Part shown: piece after piece, positions 25,815 through 39,200 of the stretch
How the letters are laid out: the number at the start of each line of letters is the position of its first letter
Numbering within the stretch: position 1 is the first letter of the stretch
DNA from: Adineta vaga
Taxonomy: Eukaryota > Animalia > Rotifera
Length of the DNA: 64,000 nucleotides
Assembly: GCA_021613535.1 (NCBI GenBank)
Contig: CP075494.1
Coordinates: 11,780,001-11,844,000 of the forward strand
Direction: 5' to 3'
The notes under the pieces: generated by a model
Seen by the model: only the letters and a program-made list of their open reading frames with translations
The model's database searches: none
What the model was told of the DNA's origin: nothing
Translations under genes and position numbers: made by a program

Positions 25815-26289
25815 TTAAAAAATATAATAAACTTGATAGCTCGTTCCGTTTGTTGTGTTACTCACATCGGCATCTTTCGCACAAGTTAATCCAACACCAA
25901 GTCCGACACCTAATCCAATACCGACAGAACAAGATATACTCGCCACTGAAACGGCAATCATTCCTGGACCTACTATACTATTAACAGAGAGTAATGTTGG
26001 AATGATATTTGTTATTCCAAGTTTTCCTAATATATATAGCGGAAAAGAGACAATGATTTCAAAAATTAAACCCAACATTTTATATATTTCTCCAGTGAAC
26101 TGCCATAAAGTTGGTGGTTTCGATTCTTTCCGTTGTTTTCTACTTGTCGAACGGTAATTCATCAACATCGCTAGTGCAAATAACTGAATAAATATAATAT
26201 TGTTAACATCAAATCTCTTTCTCACTTGACTTTATCTTGTAAATATAAACCTTGAGTTGAAGATTCCCACCGAAATTTATGTTACGCAT
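25815..26289 (-). CDS. Small membrane protein with a C-terminal glycine-zipper helix, probable paralog of the convergent neighbour
   Basis: IAVSVASISCSVGIGLGVGLGVGLTC followed by NTT/NGT sequons. An upstream exon (26289-26226) splices in frame; start uncertain. Confidence 0.65.
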
Positions 26290-26569
26290 CGTTTCATCAA
26301 GGTAGTAACAGGATGCTAATAAGAAGAGCCTTCTTCAAGGTAAATAATTCTGATTGCATCGATAAAATTAATCAATCATATTTCAATAAACATATACCCT
26401 CTCTTGAGTTTTTTGTCAACTAGACAAAAAATGAGCACCGTACTTTTATGAATATCATATTAAATGCTATGTACAAGGTCACTCTTTCTAATTAAATCTA
26501 CAATTTATTTTCATATCTATAAGATACATTTCGCTTAAAGTATTAAATGTACAGAAATATATAATGAAT

Positions 26570-27450
26570 TTATTTTCGATCTAAACGACGTGGTGTAGCA
26601 TAAGCAGGTGATGATTGTTGTCCATATCCCGATGATTTCACATTTTTTAAAAGAGTTCTTGTTGTAGTAACAGATTGACTTCGTGATGATGGTGGTGTAT
26701 TCAAATTTTTCTTAATGTAAGTTGATTGCATCTGTTTTCTATTACCAATAGGTGTTGAAATGCTAGCATTCAAAGATGCTTGACGAGTAAGTCGATTTTC
26801 AGATAAAACCTATGTAGAAAAGAGAATGTTAGTAACACAGAAAAATATTGAATTATATCTTTTACAGATTTAAGACTTCGAATTTCATTACGACATTCTG
26901 CTACTTCTTGCATCAATGCATTCATTTTATCTAGAAAACATAAATAATGTGACTTTCTCTTCAAATAAAGACAGCTAACTTTGTTTTGATGGATCAATTT
27001 CTTTAACATAAATTTGCCCACGATTTTCATCCATTATTTCAATAGCATCAGCAACAGAACTACCGGATTCAACAACGTAAAATTCCTATAGAGAAAAGCA
27101 AATTCATAAAATATCGTGATATTTTCTTCTTTTACTTTGCATGGTAATGATGCTGGTAATTGGTCATGATGAATTCTAAATAAAGATGCAATTTTATAAT
27201 AAAAAAATAATCTATGATAGCAAACAATTTCGAATATTTTTCATCATTATGATATTGAAATAATGACAGAGGTCCGTATGTGTATTGACCATCAGCAACG
27301 GCATAAACACGTTTATAATTTGAATCTGGATTATAACGATTTTCTATTATAAAAATAAAAAGAGATATTTCATGAAGAAAATGTAAAGATTAATTTACCT
27401 AAAATTGCAAATGGAAAATCAAATGGAATAATGATATCAGTGGAATTCAT
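26570..27450 (-). CDS. Uncharacterised ~200-aa multi-exon protein with a short coiled coil and basic Ser/Thr-rich tail
   Basis: Six short exons join as MNSTDIIIPFDFPFAIL/ENRYNPD.../IHHDQLPASLPCK/EFYVVESG.../NKMNALMQEVAECRNEIRSLKS/VLSENR...NVKSSGYGQ. One donor site is weak. Confidence 0.6.
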
Positions 27451-27902
27451 GATGATCAACAGTGTACTTTCAAAATTGAGAACAGAAGAACGGAACAATA
27501 ATTGAGAAAACAGGAAGGAACAAAGACTCTCATCGTGACAAAGACCCGGCCAAAGTTTTATTTTTCAATTTAATTTAAAACTTTTTTTCCAGTTTTTCTT
27601 AAGTCATTTTCATTATAAATCATTTGAAAAGTAGAAAATCAATCTATATGTATGAAATATGTCATTTATATAGATGGCACTAATATCAATTTTATAGTAT
27701 AAATCATGTTTCATTAAATAAAAGAAAGAAAAGAAAATTCATGATACATGTAAGCAAAAAAAGTATATATACACATATATACGCGCATAGAGAAATTATG
27801 CAAGTTTTGATTCCAGATTAGTGTTCGCCGTTATTTGCATAGCAAAAATTAAATGTGTGTATATATATGTCAGTATGGAATGTATTATGTTAGATGTCTT
27901 GA

Positions 27903-30900
27903 CTATGGTTCTTCTTCAATAACTTTCAATTCTTTACGACGTTTTTCCTCATCTAAAAATACAGAAACAATATTTGCCAAATCAGTTTACTTCAGTACAA
28001 ACCTGCTTCTCGTATCCATCGTTCACGATTTTCTTTCAAATATTCTGCCCATGGTCGTCGAAAAATCGCTGATCGACCTATAGGTGTGGTCATTGAAGAT
28101 GGTTTTCTTTCACGTCTGTACAAAAGAACATATATCTCTGAAAATATGTCTATTTTTTCCGTGTTTATTACCCATTTTCTAATTGGTCATCTTGATGTGT
28201 AGTTGATTCATTCAATGATCTTGGTGATGCTGGTGGTGAAGGTGATGAACTGACACTTTTAGCCGGTATCGATGGTGATGGAAGTTCAGAATCTGGTACA
28301 GATAATGATTTCAAAATTTTCTCAAGCATATCACCCATAACAACGAATGATGGTTCGACGATATACTGAATGAAACCTAAGAAAACAAGCAAATATAAAT
28401 AATAAAATATTTTTCTCTCGATTGATTAATCTACCGATTTGAGATTCAGCAACAAGTGTATTATCTCGATCACATAATGGTGAACATGGTAAACCAAGTT
28501 CTTTTTCTTTTTCACCTTGTTTAAAATATTCTTCCATTAATGATTCTGTCCAAGAATAATGAATACTCCAAGGTTTTCCTGGATGACTAATATCCGCACT
28601 ATGTAGTACCAATGCCAATGCTTTTGATTTTTCAATACTAGAACTTTTTTGGGTTAAAACATAAAAATAACTCGAGGAGATAAATAACTTACTTTTCTGG
28701 CATACTTAAGAGACTTTTCATCGTTTTTAATTGAGCAAAATGTGAACTCATATCTGTAGCGAGAACCATTTCAATAACCAAATGACGAAAATTCCTTTCA
28801 AAAATAAATAAGTTAATAAAAAACATTCTTCAATTCGTTTTTATTACTTACTTATATTCATCCGTTGAAAACTCCGATACAATATTATAATCGTCGATAC
28901 GCATCAAACGAAATGCAGCACTTACATGGTGATTTTCCAGAACAGCGCGATCATTGTAAATTAATGCCACATCAGACCTAATTTCAACGAAGAAACGACA
29001 TTTAACTACTATTTTTAGAAATATATGTCATAACAACATAGAATTCATGACTCATTAATTCTCCTTGTAGTTTATTTTCACACTGAATTAAAAGCTATTT
29101 TAATCTACAGAAAAACTATCAATTTATTTTCCTTGTCGACTTATTACCTCGATTGAATATGAAAATTATTTGATGTTCCAGTATGTTCAAAATCATGTAC
29201 AATCGCTGCAATGAACATGGCAAATAATTCATGATCATTAAGCCAATTCTATACATAGGATCAAAAAGACAAAATTGATTTCAATCGTAAATGAAGATAT
29301 TTGACAAAGCGTCTAATTCCAACTATGCTAGGCAGAAGCAAAAAAAAAGAACTAAGAAATCGATCGCTATGTTTTCACAAAAAATAACTACGAAGCAATT
29401 TAAACAATGAAACTCCATTAACCTCTACCATGAGACCAGAATTGTAGATAATTTGATATGTTGTTTGCAGTACATCAGCAGCATGAATTAAATTATGATA
29501 TGGATTACGATATTTACTATAACCACTTTCCATTTGTTCAAGAAAATTTTGTAATGCAGTGATAGAAATCTAATTTTGAGAAAGACAAACAATGATCATT
29601 GTTATTAATAGAAAGATAAGTTTTTACATGAAGTTTATTTGGTAAATTATATCGTTGCATAAGTTCAAAACCCACATAACGTAAACATTGTCCACTGGTA
29701 AATTCATTGACGGAAAATACATCAAATGTCCATTCATTAATTGTCTACATGAGAAAAAAAGATTCGTTCTATCATCATAATCTTCAATATTTCTACAAAA
29801 ACAACATAAAAAGCACGTCGATTATTGATTGCATTCATGCAGAGTAGAAAGGGAACTATCCAACTTACTTGTCGACAAATATCATTCGAAAGAACCAAAA
29901 CATTCCGTCGAAAAAGTCTAAAGGATGTTCTCAATTTTTTCTTTGTCATTTGCAATGAATGATGTCAAGCGTATAGTTTTATCAAGATGCGTGATTATAG
30001 AATATGCAACAAAAGTGAATTTCAGAGAAAGAAGTAAGAGACACAACTCAGATGAATAAAGTACCTTAAATTTTATATCGATAGATAAACGTCTTAAATA
30101 CCTAGAAAAACATACACATAGAAAAACAACAAATAGATGCGAAACATTCAAATGATAAACATAAATTTCTCGAATCAAATTACATGCTTCTCATAACAAT
30201 TATACCTTAAATTTCGTATGAAGACACCAATCTTTTACAACTCTGACAAAGATGGAAAGTAATGATGTAGTCAGAAAGATGTCTAATTCTCAATCCTATA
30301 CAATTTTTCTTTGTCTCTTTTTTTTTCTCATTACGAACCTGTCGACCATAATTCCTGCTCGTATAGCTTGTGCAACACTTTTGAATTTCGGTTTGTCGGA
30401 TGGTCGTCGTTTAATTGTAGACATCGATCGAGTAAATGTCATTGCTAACCAATCTCGTACTTCATTGGGTACTGAATCTGGTTCAATTTCTGATAATGCT
30501 CCATCATCTTCTTCCATTAATCTTCTACAATACAAAGAAAACCAAGATGAACATGAATATTTTCATCGGTAGATAGTTCTTTCTTCTCTTCAATCGACAC
30601 ACTACCATCATTGTCAAAATGATAATAGTGGATGTCGTAAGTGCTACTTCTTTTTTTTTCAATAGAAAAGGTCTAAATCCACATATACTAGAATGATTGA
30701 TTACAAATGCAGATTTCTTTCATGAAAATAAATGAGAAAAGAAAAAAATGAGACACAGAGAGATAATAAAGTAGCTTATTTAAATCTACTAGATCTGACT
30801 ATTTATTACCTAGTTTCATCTTGATGAACAGCTTCGAGAATACTGGCAATATAATCTAAATTACGAAGAAGATCGTCACGAGAGACACCAATATTACAAT

Positions 30901-31893
30901 GGAGGGCAGCAATGATGGTTCGTAATCTGAAAAATTGACATATTCAAAACATGGTTTTTGCAAAAAAAGTATCTTTTACCTTTCACTACCGATTTGTAAT
31001 GCATCGAATGAGTCAGCTGGTGGTAAATATTTTCCATCACCCAAAACGGCGACATCATGTTCAATAATATCAAATGGTGTTTTATTAAGATCATCTTCAT
31101 CAATATGTCTATCATAAAGATGGTTTTCACCAATTGATTTTGCTTTATTGGAGAAGATCGGTGAAAGATGGTCTGCAGATAACATTAAGTTAAATTGATT
31201 TATTTTCACAAGAAAAAAAAACGAGAGAAGACGATGTTTTTCTCTTTGTAACGAAGACTAATGTAAGTTGAAGAGGAATCGTAAATGGATTGACATCGAA
31301 ATAACTAATAGATCTCAAGAGTAGGAAGTAACTGACAAAATAGAATAGTTATATTTGCATTCTATCAATCTAGGAAACAGGAAAAATGTCGTATTTTTCT
31401 TTGTTGATATACTTGTCTGACATCAGATAATATTCGAACTATTGTCATCAACATTGAAGAATGACACTCTATTGTTGACAGACAAATATCAAAGTCTTTT
31501 CGACAACTAAACGAGACTGTTTCTTGTCTTGGAAAAGAACGAACCTGTATCGTGATGTATAACTGCTGATGTAGATGCTAGCTTTGGTGATCTTGTTGAA
31601 TGATGATGATGATTATGATTTCGTTTGCTAGTTGCAGATCCGGATACTTAAAACAAAAAGAGAACAGAGATATTTCGTATTTGTATCAATACTACTGAAC
31701 AATATAAACAGATTTTGTAATAAAATAGAAAAATGCTATGATTTTGAATTGATTCCTACTTATGTCATGTCTCGAACAATATTCGTAAAACTAATTAATC
31801 ACCTTTGATTGTTTTTGATGCGGAATTTGTTAATGAAGTACCAATGATGATAAGGGATGAACCTGAAGTTAATCGAATTTTTCGACCGGGCAT
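27903..31893 (-). CDS. PDE1: Ca2+/calmodulin-dependent 3',5'-cyclic nucleotide phosphodiesterase 1
   Basis: Exons encode NLDYIASILEAVHQDETRRL, VPNEVRDWLAMTFTR, KPKFKSVAQAIRAGIMVDR (PDE1 regulatory region), then NPYHNLIHAADV, HDFEHTGTSN, LENHH, VLATDM, HSADISHP and SQIGFI (class I PDE catalytic domain). Confidence 0.95.
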
Positions 31894-32386
31894 CTTGTTA
31901 ATTAAGTAGGAAGTATAAACATGTATAAAAAAATAGATGTGTTGCTGTCTTCAAAAAGAAAAATGAAATTTGTCAGTCAGTTTGCTTTGAAATAGATGTG
32001 TATATGAAAAAGAAGAAGAGAAACTTACATTGCAATGACGATCTACACTCGACGAATAGATAGGAGAGTGAGAAGACGAGTTAGTAACACTACATCGTCA
32101 AAACATTATCCTTTTTCCGTTGCACGACGACTGTGTGATGACGTTTTTCAAGAAGATTTACCTATAGAAATAATGATGATCATGTCAAAGAAATTACTGA
32201 AAGGAGAAAAAGAAAACGGAAGAATAAGAAAAGATTATTTTGTGTTCATCAACATCCTTTTTTTGTAGCAAGAACATAGAAATAATGACGACGACGACAT
32301 ACTACCTGTGCTCATCGGCAGCTTCTACTTCGTCGTGTTCTTTTTTTTCTTCGTTTTCATTCTCTTTTGAAAATTATCATAATTAT

Positions 32387-32420
32387 AGAAGAAGAAGAAG
32401 AAGAAGAAGAAGAAGAAGAA
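32387..32420 (+). repeat. (GAA)n microsatellite
   Basis: About 11 tandem gaa units. Confidence 0.9.
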
Positions 32421-32991
32421 AAGATATAATATATATATGAGTAACACGACATCCTTCGTCGTTAATACACAAATATCTATAGTGACCGTCCAAGTACACA
32501 AAAAAAGTAGAGGATTTCTCATTTAACTTTTTTTTTCTTTTTTTCTCGTCATAGAAATCAAACAAATTTCTATCATTAGACTAATTTTAAAGACGTATTA
32601 TCTTCAAAAGAAGATTATCTGTGCAATCGCGCAGAAAATCTTGCTTTTAGCAAGCTTTTTAACCATATCTCTACAATGTATTTCTATGATTTCCTGGTCA
32701 TGACGAAAAAATTTGGCTCTGTTATTGGACCAAGTGTTGTCCTGGAAAAGACTCTTGAACTTTAGATTATTTTTAGAAAGAGTCAATAGAAATGATTAAG
32801 AATAAATCCAGAGATGACCTTGAAGCAGGCGAGAAGACATGCAAAATTGAAACGATCATGCCGACCTGTGGATTGAAATATCAGATGATAATGACATTGA
32901 AGTAAAAAAAAACAAGATATTTTCAATTCGTCTCATATTTATTTGAATTTTTTGTTCTTTATACAAATTTCAAAAAAATAAGAACCAGCAA

Positions 32992-33005
32992 ACACACACG
33001 CGCAC

Positions 33006-33035
<30 letters not shown>
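32992..33035 (+). repeat. (CA)n microsatellite with CG interruptions
   Basis: Direct reading. Confidence 0.9.
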
Positions 33036-33036
<1 letters not shown>

Positions 33037-33257
33037 GAAAAGCATGTCGTATAACAACAATAATAATAGCAAAAAAAAACAAGCCTACATAAAAACGATG
33101 TAGAATACATCGATTTTCACAATTACTAAAGTAGAACAGCACCAACAGCAACAAAGACGCACGCATCGGTGATTTTTTCTCTTTTTGTTTTGGTTTTTCG
33201 CATAGAATACGATGAAAATGGACGGTATAAAAGAAAAATGTGCAAGCCAATAGAAGA

Positions 33258-36200
33258 TTAAGATTTTGTTATTGTTTTCGTTGTTGGATATATGGATCGA
33301 TTGGTTTTTGCTGTTTCTTTTGCTAACGACTGTTCATATTTAAAAAGTTCAGCAAGTGTTACATCAGTTGGAAGATAACTTTTCAATCCTGAATAAGATT
33401 CCAAACGAGAGGCAGCCATATTTGCACGTGCTAATCGAATTGATGTTTCACTAAATACAAAAAAGAATGTATAGTTTTTTTATTTTCATCTTTTGAATTT
33501 GTAGAAAGAATAAAAGTCATCTGTTATTTTCCAAACTTATTTGGTTCACAAAACACCATGCTATCGAGCATCATGCAAAGAATGTAAGTTATTAGTTTAC
33601 CTGAGTTTTATACACATGAAAAAAGATATTTATGAACTAAAATTGGATAAAAGACGTATTTGATCGATAGGTAACCTTAATTAAACTCGTTCTCATAAGA
33701 CATTTTATGTAGATAGACGAGTAAAAATCTAAGATATTTGAAAAATCTTTACCTTGATAATAGACTTTCTCTTGCTCGTTCAAATTGTGAAGCTGATTCA
33801 GTATGTAATTGTTGAGAATCTTTAACTAATTTATCTGTTTCATCTAAAATTGCTTGTTGACTTTTACTTAAACCTTCCATATGGGAAAGATTGCCATTGC
33901 TCAATTTCGATTCATATTTGGAATTATTTGGAGTTGGATAACGTGGTGTTGGCCGATGAATAGTTCGTACCATTTCATTAGTATTGATTTGATGATCGGG
34001 AAAACGTGGTGGAAGAACTGGTGGTTTCGATGGAGTTGAGGTTAGAAATGAAACATCGAGCAATTGAGGATGGCTGGCAATATTTTCTTGATTCGTTTGT
34101 GTTGTTAGATTTTCTGCACTTGTACTTAAAAATGATTTTAATCGTTTATTCACTATCGTACGTGGAGTATGTTCAAAGATAGTTGTCGTTGTTGTCGTTG
34201 TTCGCATTGTCGGTTGATTTTCTAAGGAAGATCTTTTCAATTCTAATTGATCAATTTTAATATCTAATTGTTTTTTTGATGCTTCAAGTCGTTCACGATA
34301 AACAACAAGATGTTGTCGAGTTAATTCAGCCATATCTTCTTCATATTGTTGCATTTTTAATTTAACGGTTTCATTATCAACAGATGTAGCATCGAATGAC
34401 AGTGCACGTAGAAGAGCATCTAAAAATCAATTATCAAGATTATAGAATGCGTTATTCGTTTTTCTACGATTAGCAGAAAAAAGATAATTACCTGTTTCTC
34501 CAATGATATAATTTAATTTTGCTTCGGTTAATTCAACCCAAATATTCGATCGATTCCAATTCAATGAAAGTAAATCAAGTATATGTGCCCTTTCACGACA
34601 TAATTGTGAAATTTCTTGTTCAATGTCACTTGACGATGTGCTTATATTTGCATTATTGATTATTGTATTTTCAAATATTTCATTGGAATTTGGTGATGTT
34701 TCTCGAATCAATGGACGTGCTGTTAATTCAGATGTATCTTCACTATCGGATGATGAACTTTTTCTATCCACTTGTAAAGCAATACTTGATTTCATTCGAT
34801 GATTTTCATCAATAAGTATACCAGAATCAGAACTACGTTCAAGTGTTGGTGGATGTGTAGGTATAAGTTGTAAATTTGTATGTGTTTGTGTTCCATCTTG
34901 TGTTTTTAAAAAACCGGGTATTTGATAAGGTGATACTTGTGTAAAAGATGTAACTGTTTCAACATAACATTGTAAATTTTGATCATATTTCATAGGTGGA
35001 CTATACTGACATGAACGATCGACTGTTTGACGTATGGTAATTGGTGATGTACCTGTTGTTTGAAAGAATTTATTAGAGATTAATGGAATTGGTGATAAAG
35101 CAATTTCATGTGTTGTTGTTTCTTGTGTGAGGTCATTTGAAGATGGAAGAGTATTGATTGTTGGCTGTGTTTTCTTTGGAGGTTTAAATGAACTACGCCA
35201 TGGTGTACTACTTCCATTGATAATTGTATGATCATGCCAAGAATCGATAATTTCAACTTTATCTTTTTTTCCTGGATGAGATGTTCGATGATGTTCACGA
35301 TATTGATTTGATATAGATTGTGTGACGGGCTTTTCTAATTGAGATTGAAGGGCATTGTTTGAATAAACAGATCCTTGAGTTATAACAATAGATTCACATA
35401 TCGAATTAAGCATTGTTGATGGACCATCGATATCAATAGAGATCATATCAGACTAGAGAAATAAAATCAAATGAAATTATTAGAATTCTTTACTATCAAT
35501 GTTTAGATTTACCTCATCGAAATGTTTAGGATTCGTTCCAATAATCGGTATTTCAATTCCTTGTTTTGTATATTGAAAATTTTCATCTTCTTGTAAAGAA
35601 TTATAACCATTCGTAAATAATACTGAACTATATATTTGATTCAATAAACGTCGTCCTTTAAAAGGCATACGAATATGTGGATCACGTTCCATTATATCAG
35701 GTCCAGCTTCAATTCGTTTCGTTAATATCACTCGTTGATCTGTACCTTGTCGATCAACATAACCAATTTTAAAACCTTTACCTTGTTTCATAATTTCTAA
35801 ATCAGATACTTTATCAATTCGTTGATGTTTACATTCCATCGATTGAATATTTGGTGGCTTAAGAATGGATAAGGGCTGTTTATTTTCGAGATGAATCGAT
35901 TGTTGTGAAAGAAGTTTTTCTGTAGACGTTTTGATATGATCAAGTTGATACATTTCATCGACAATCGATGTTAAATTTTCAGTATTTTTTGAGGAACTTT
36001 GTTCTAATTGATCAAATATATGAATATTAATAACTTCTTCTTGCTGATGAACAAGCGTTTTATTTGCTGAATGATCTAATTGTGCTAAACGATCAGCGAG
36101 ATCACTGGCATCAAGATTAATATCAAATTCTTGATCGATTGTTATATAATCTTCTTGAGTAAGTGGATGTACAATTGTTTGATCTGTTTGTTGAATAAAA

Positions 36201-39200
36201 TTCGTTGAATCAAGATTTTCATTGTAGAATGCAATTGGTTCGATTTGATCGATAAGATACGATTGTTTATAATCAAATGACTGTATTGGAATTATTGATG
36301 TTAAGTTATCTGAATATTGAATATCGTTTCTATTAGGCAAATTGTCTGATAGAACTGTATCATCAATAGATTGTTCCCAAATACGATTATCAACATCACA
36401 GAAATGCATTGATTTCATTTGCTAGAAGAAAAAAATGAAATTGTTTTTCATATTTTATCTAGATATTCGTAAAGTGACTATGGTTCGGACTTACTTGACT
36501 TTGATCTGGTGATAATGGACGACTATTTATGGATGAAAGAGGTCTTGATCGTGGCGATGAAAATTCTGAACCAATCAATCCATGATCATCGTCACTCATA
36601 TGATACGGATAATTTTCATCGGAACTTCCCTTATTAATTTGATGTTCTTGTTCAAAAATATCATCACTATCAATACTTGATGCATATTGACTTGCTCTGG
36701 AACTTGGAATTGTTGAGAGAGAATGTGGTCGAAATTTAGCTAATTCTAAATACGTATCTTCAATTTGCATGACAGCCGGTAGATCTTCTTTATCAAAATC
36801 AATCGATATAGTCAATGGTTTTTCTTCAATTTCAAAAATAGATTCTAAATCATATTCTTCATTCATTGATTGTTGTTGTTGTTGTTGTTGTTGTGAAAAA
36901 TTAAAAACAAAATCTAATGGTTCTTTTATCATTGATGTCGGTGGTGGTGTTTGTGGTGGTAGTGGGGAGGGTGGAGAGAGTGGAGGTTCATTAAGAATTT
37001 GTTCACCTTCGAATGATTGTATACTTTCAAGATCTGATTGTATCGATGTTGAAATAACACGATCAGCAAATGGTTCCGAAATATCTGCACCTTGAAGCAG
37101 ACCAAGATTAGCTGAATTCGTTATCGATGATGATTGTTTCATCAATGATGTTATATCAAATGATTTCGATTTCGATTTAGTTATGGATTTTTTTTCAACA
37201 ATTGAAAAAATATCATTATGACTACGAGATTTTTCCATCATCGATTGATTCATAGTCGAATAAGAGTTGGATAGACCGATAATATGTCGAAGTTTATAAT
37301 CATCGAGATCACCATCATCCTTCTCACTAAATGTCACATCAAGTAATGATAACCACATTTGTTCTAAAGTTTCATGTGTAATATTTAAATGTGCATATGC
37401 ATCAAGTGTTGTTAACGAATAGGAACGTTGATTCACAATAATTTCATTAGTTTTCGAAAGTAAATTTGGACATGAACAAGATGAATGAAGTGTTTGAGGA
37501 GAATAATAAAATTCATCTTCATTATCATCAATTGTTTGAGTTTGATGAAGAATACGAAGTTGATGATCATCGGTTTCACTTGGCTTCTTCGTTTTCGTCG
37601 ACGATGGAACTTCTTGTAACCATTCACAACGGTACTGTTCAGCAAGATGAAGAGCAGCAGAACTACCGAAAGCTTTATAATACATTCCTGAAAATAAGAA
37701 ATACAATCAATTAATAGATGAGACGTTCTTATTCTCAATCATCGAGATATATATCTGCTACGAAGTATCAAACAGAGCACAGTTTTTCTTTTCAGATCAA
37801 ATTTCATTTTGTCACGAGTAGTTTATCGTTAACGAAATGTCTATTAGAAAAACATCGTGTTAAGTTTGATGCTCTGACTTTGCTCTTTATGATAAGAAAA
37901 AACTTTAATCTTTTTTGTCTATCGACAACATATTATTCTCTTTCTCATTGACTTGGTAAGATATGTGACTTTTAGTTCATGAATCGTCATTCGAGATTTC
38001 ACCTTAGTGAATCGTTTGTCATTAATGAATATTCTCGTTATTGAAATTCTCTCGAGATATTTCTCCTCCAATAATAAAAAAAACATACCAGTTTGTTTTT
38101 CTTTTGGTATTAAATGTTCCGATGAACTTGATGATACTGTTTGATGTACACTTTTTTCATCTTCTGTTAAATATAATTCATCATTTACATATATCGTTGT
38201 ATCATTGTTTTGCATTGTTTCATCGTCAATATAACTATCTGAATCGATTGCTAGAATGATTAAACAAAAGAAAAAGAAATCGTAATTATCATAATACAAA
38301 GAAGTCTGAATGACAAAGAAAAACGAAATCATCTCTTTTTTTTCTTCTTCTTATAGTTTAATGATAGTAAGAAAAAAGCCAGTCATATTAAGTGTGCGTT
38401 AACACGTACGTATATACCTTTTACTGTATTCTCTCATTATTTCGTGTGCCATAAGCGTGTTTCGCATCTCATTTTTAACATATTTGTATACGTATAAAGT
38501 CTATTTTAGACATGCTTGTCTTTCTTCAACACGTTCACATTTTCTATACTTCATTAGATGGTCAATGTATATAGACAGAGGAAAGGTGAGCGTGATGAGC
38601 TCTTATCGAAGGGCGAGAACACATCGAAGGATTAGTTAATAACCAATCAATATAAATTGAATGGGAGTGAGACAAACGGATGGACATTGTACATGTGTCT
38701 AATGACATATCAAGACATTTTACCAAAGCAATTCAAGGATAATTGAACTGAAAAATGCACGCATGACTAAGGATATCTATGATAATCTTTCCTTCTATTT
38801 CAATCTAGTTAACAATTTTTTTAGCTGTATCTTTAACCTTTGATCTATTCGATAAATTTCAAAAGAAATATATTTTACTTTTATCTTGAAATGTTGTAGA
38901 TGATACGATTCGTTCTTGTTCATCATCATTATCCGATATCTGTGGTCGATGGAAATTATCATCAGATAAATCCAGTGCTGAATCTTTCGAATAGAAATTT
39001 GATGAGAAAAATTGATTTGTTTTTGTTAAGTCATCATTCGATGATATCGTTGTAGTATCCATTTGTTGATCAAAAGGAAGAAATGAATCATCTTCAGAAT
39101 TTGGCAATGATGTCACGTCATCAGTATGTGTTGGAATGTGTTGTTTAGAAATTTGATTCGTGTTAAGTTCACTAAAATTCTCTTCATCATCATCTTCATC

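Noticed and set aside
32690-32825. Nested short inverted repeats (GGTCAT/ATGACC, CTGGA/TCCAG, GACTCTT/AAGAGTC)
   Set aside because: Stems are too short and interrupted to distinguish from chance without computation.
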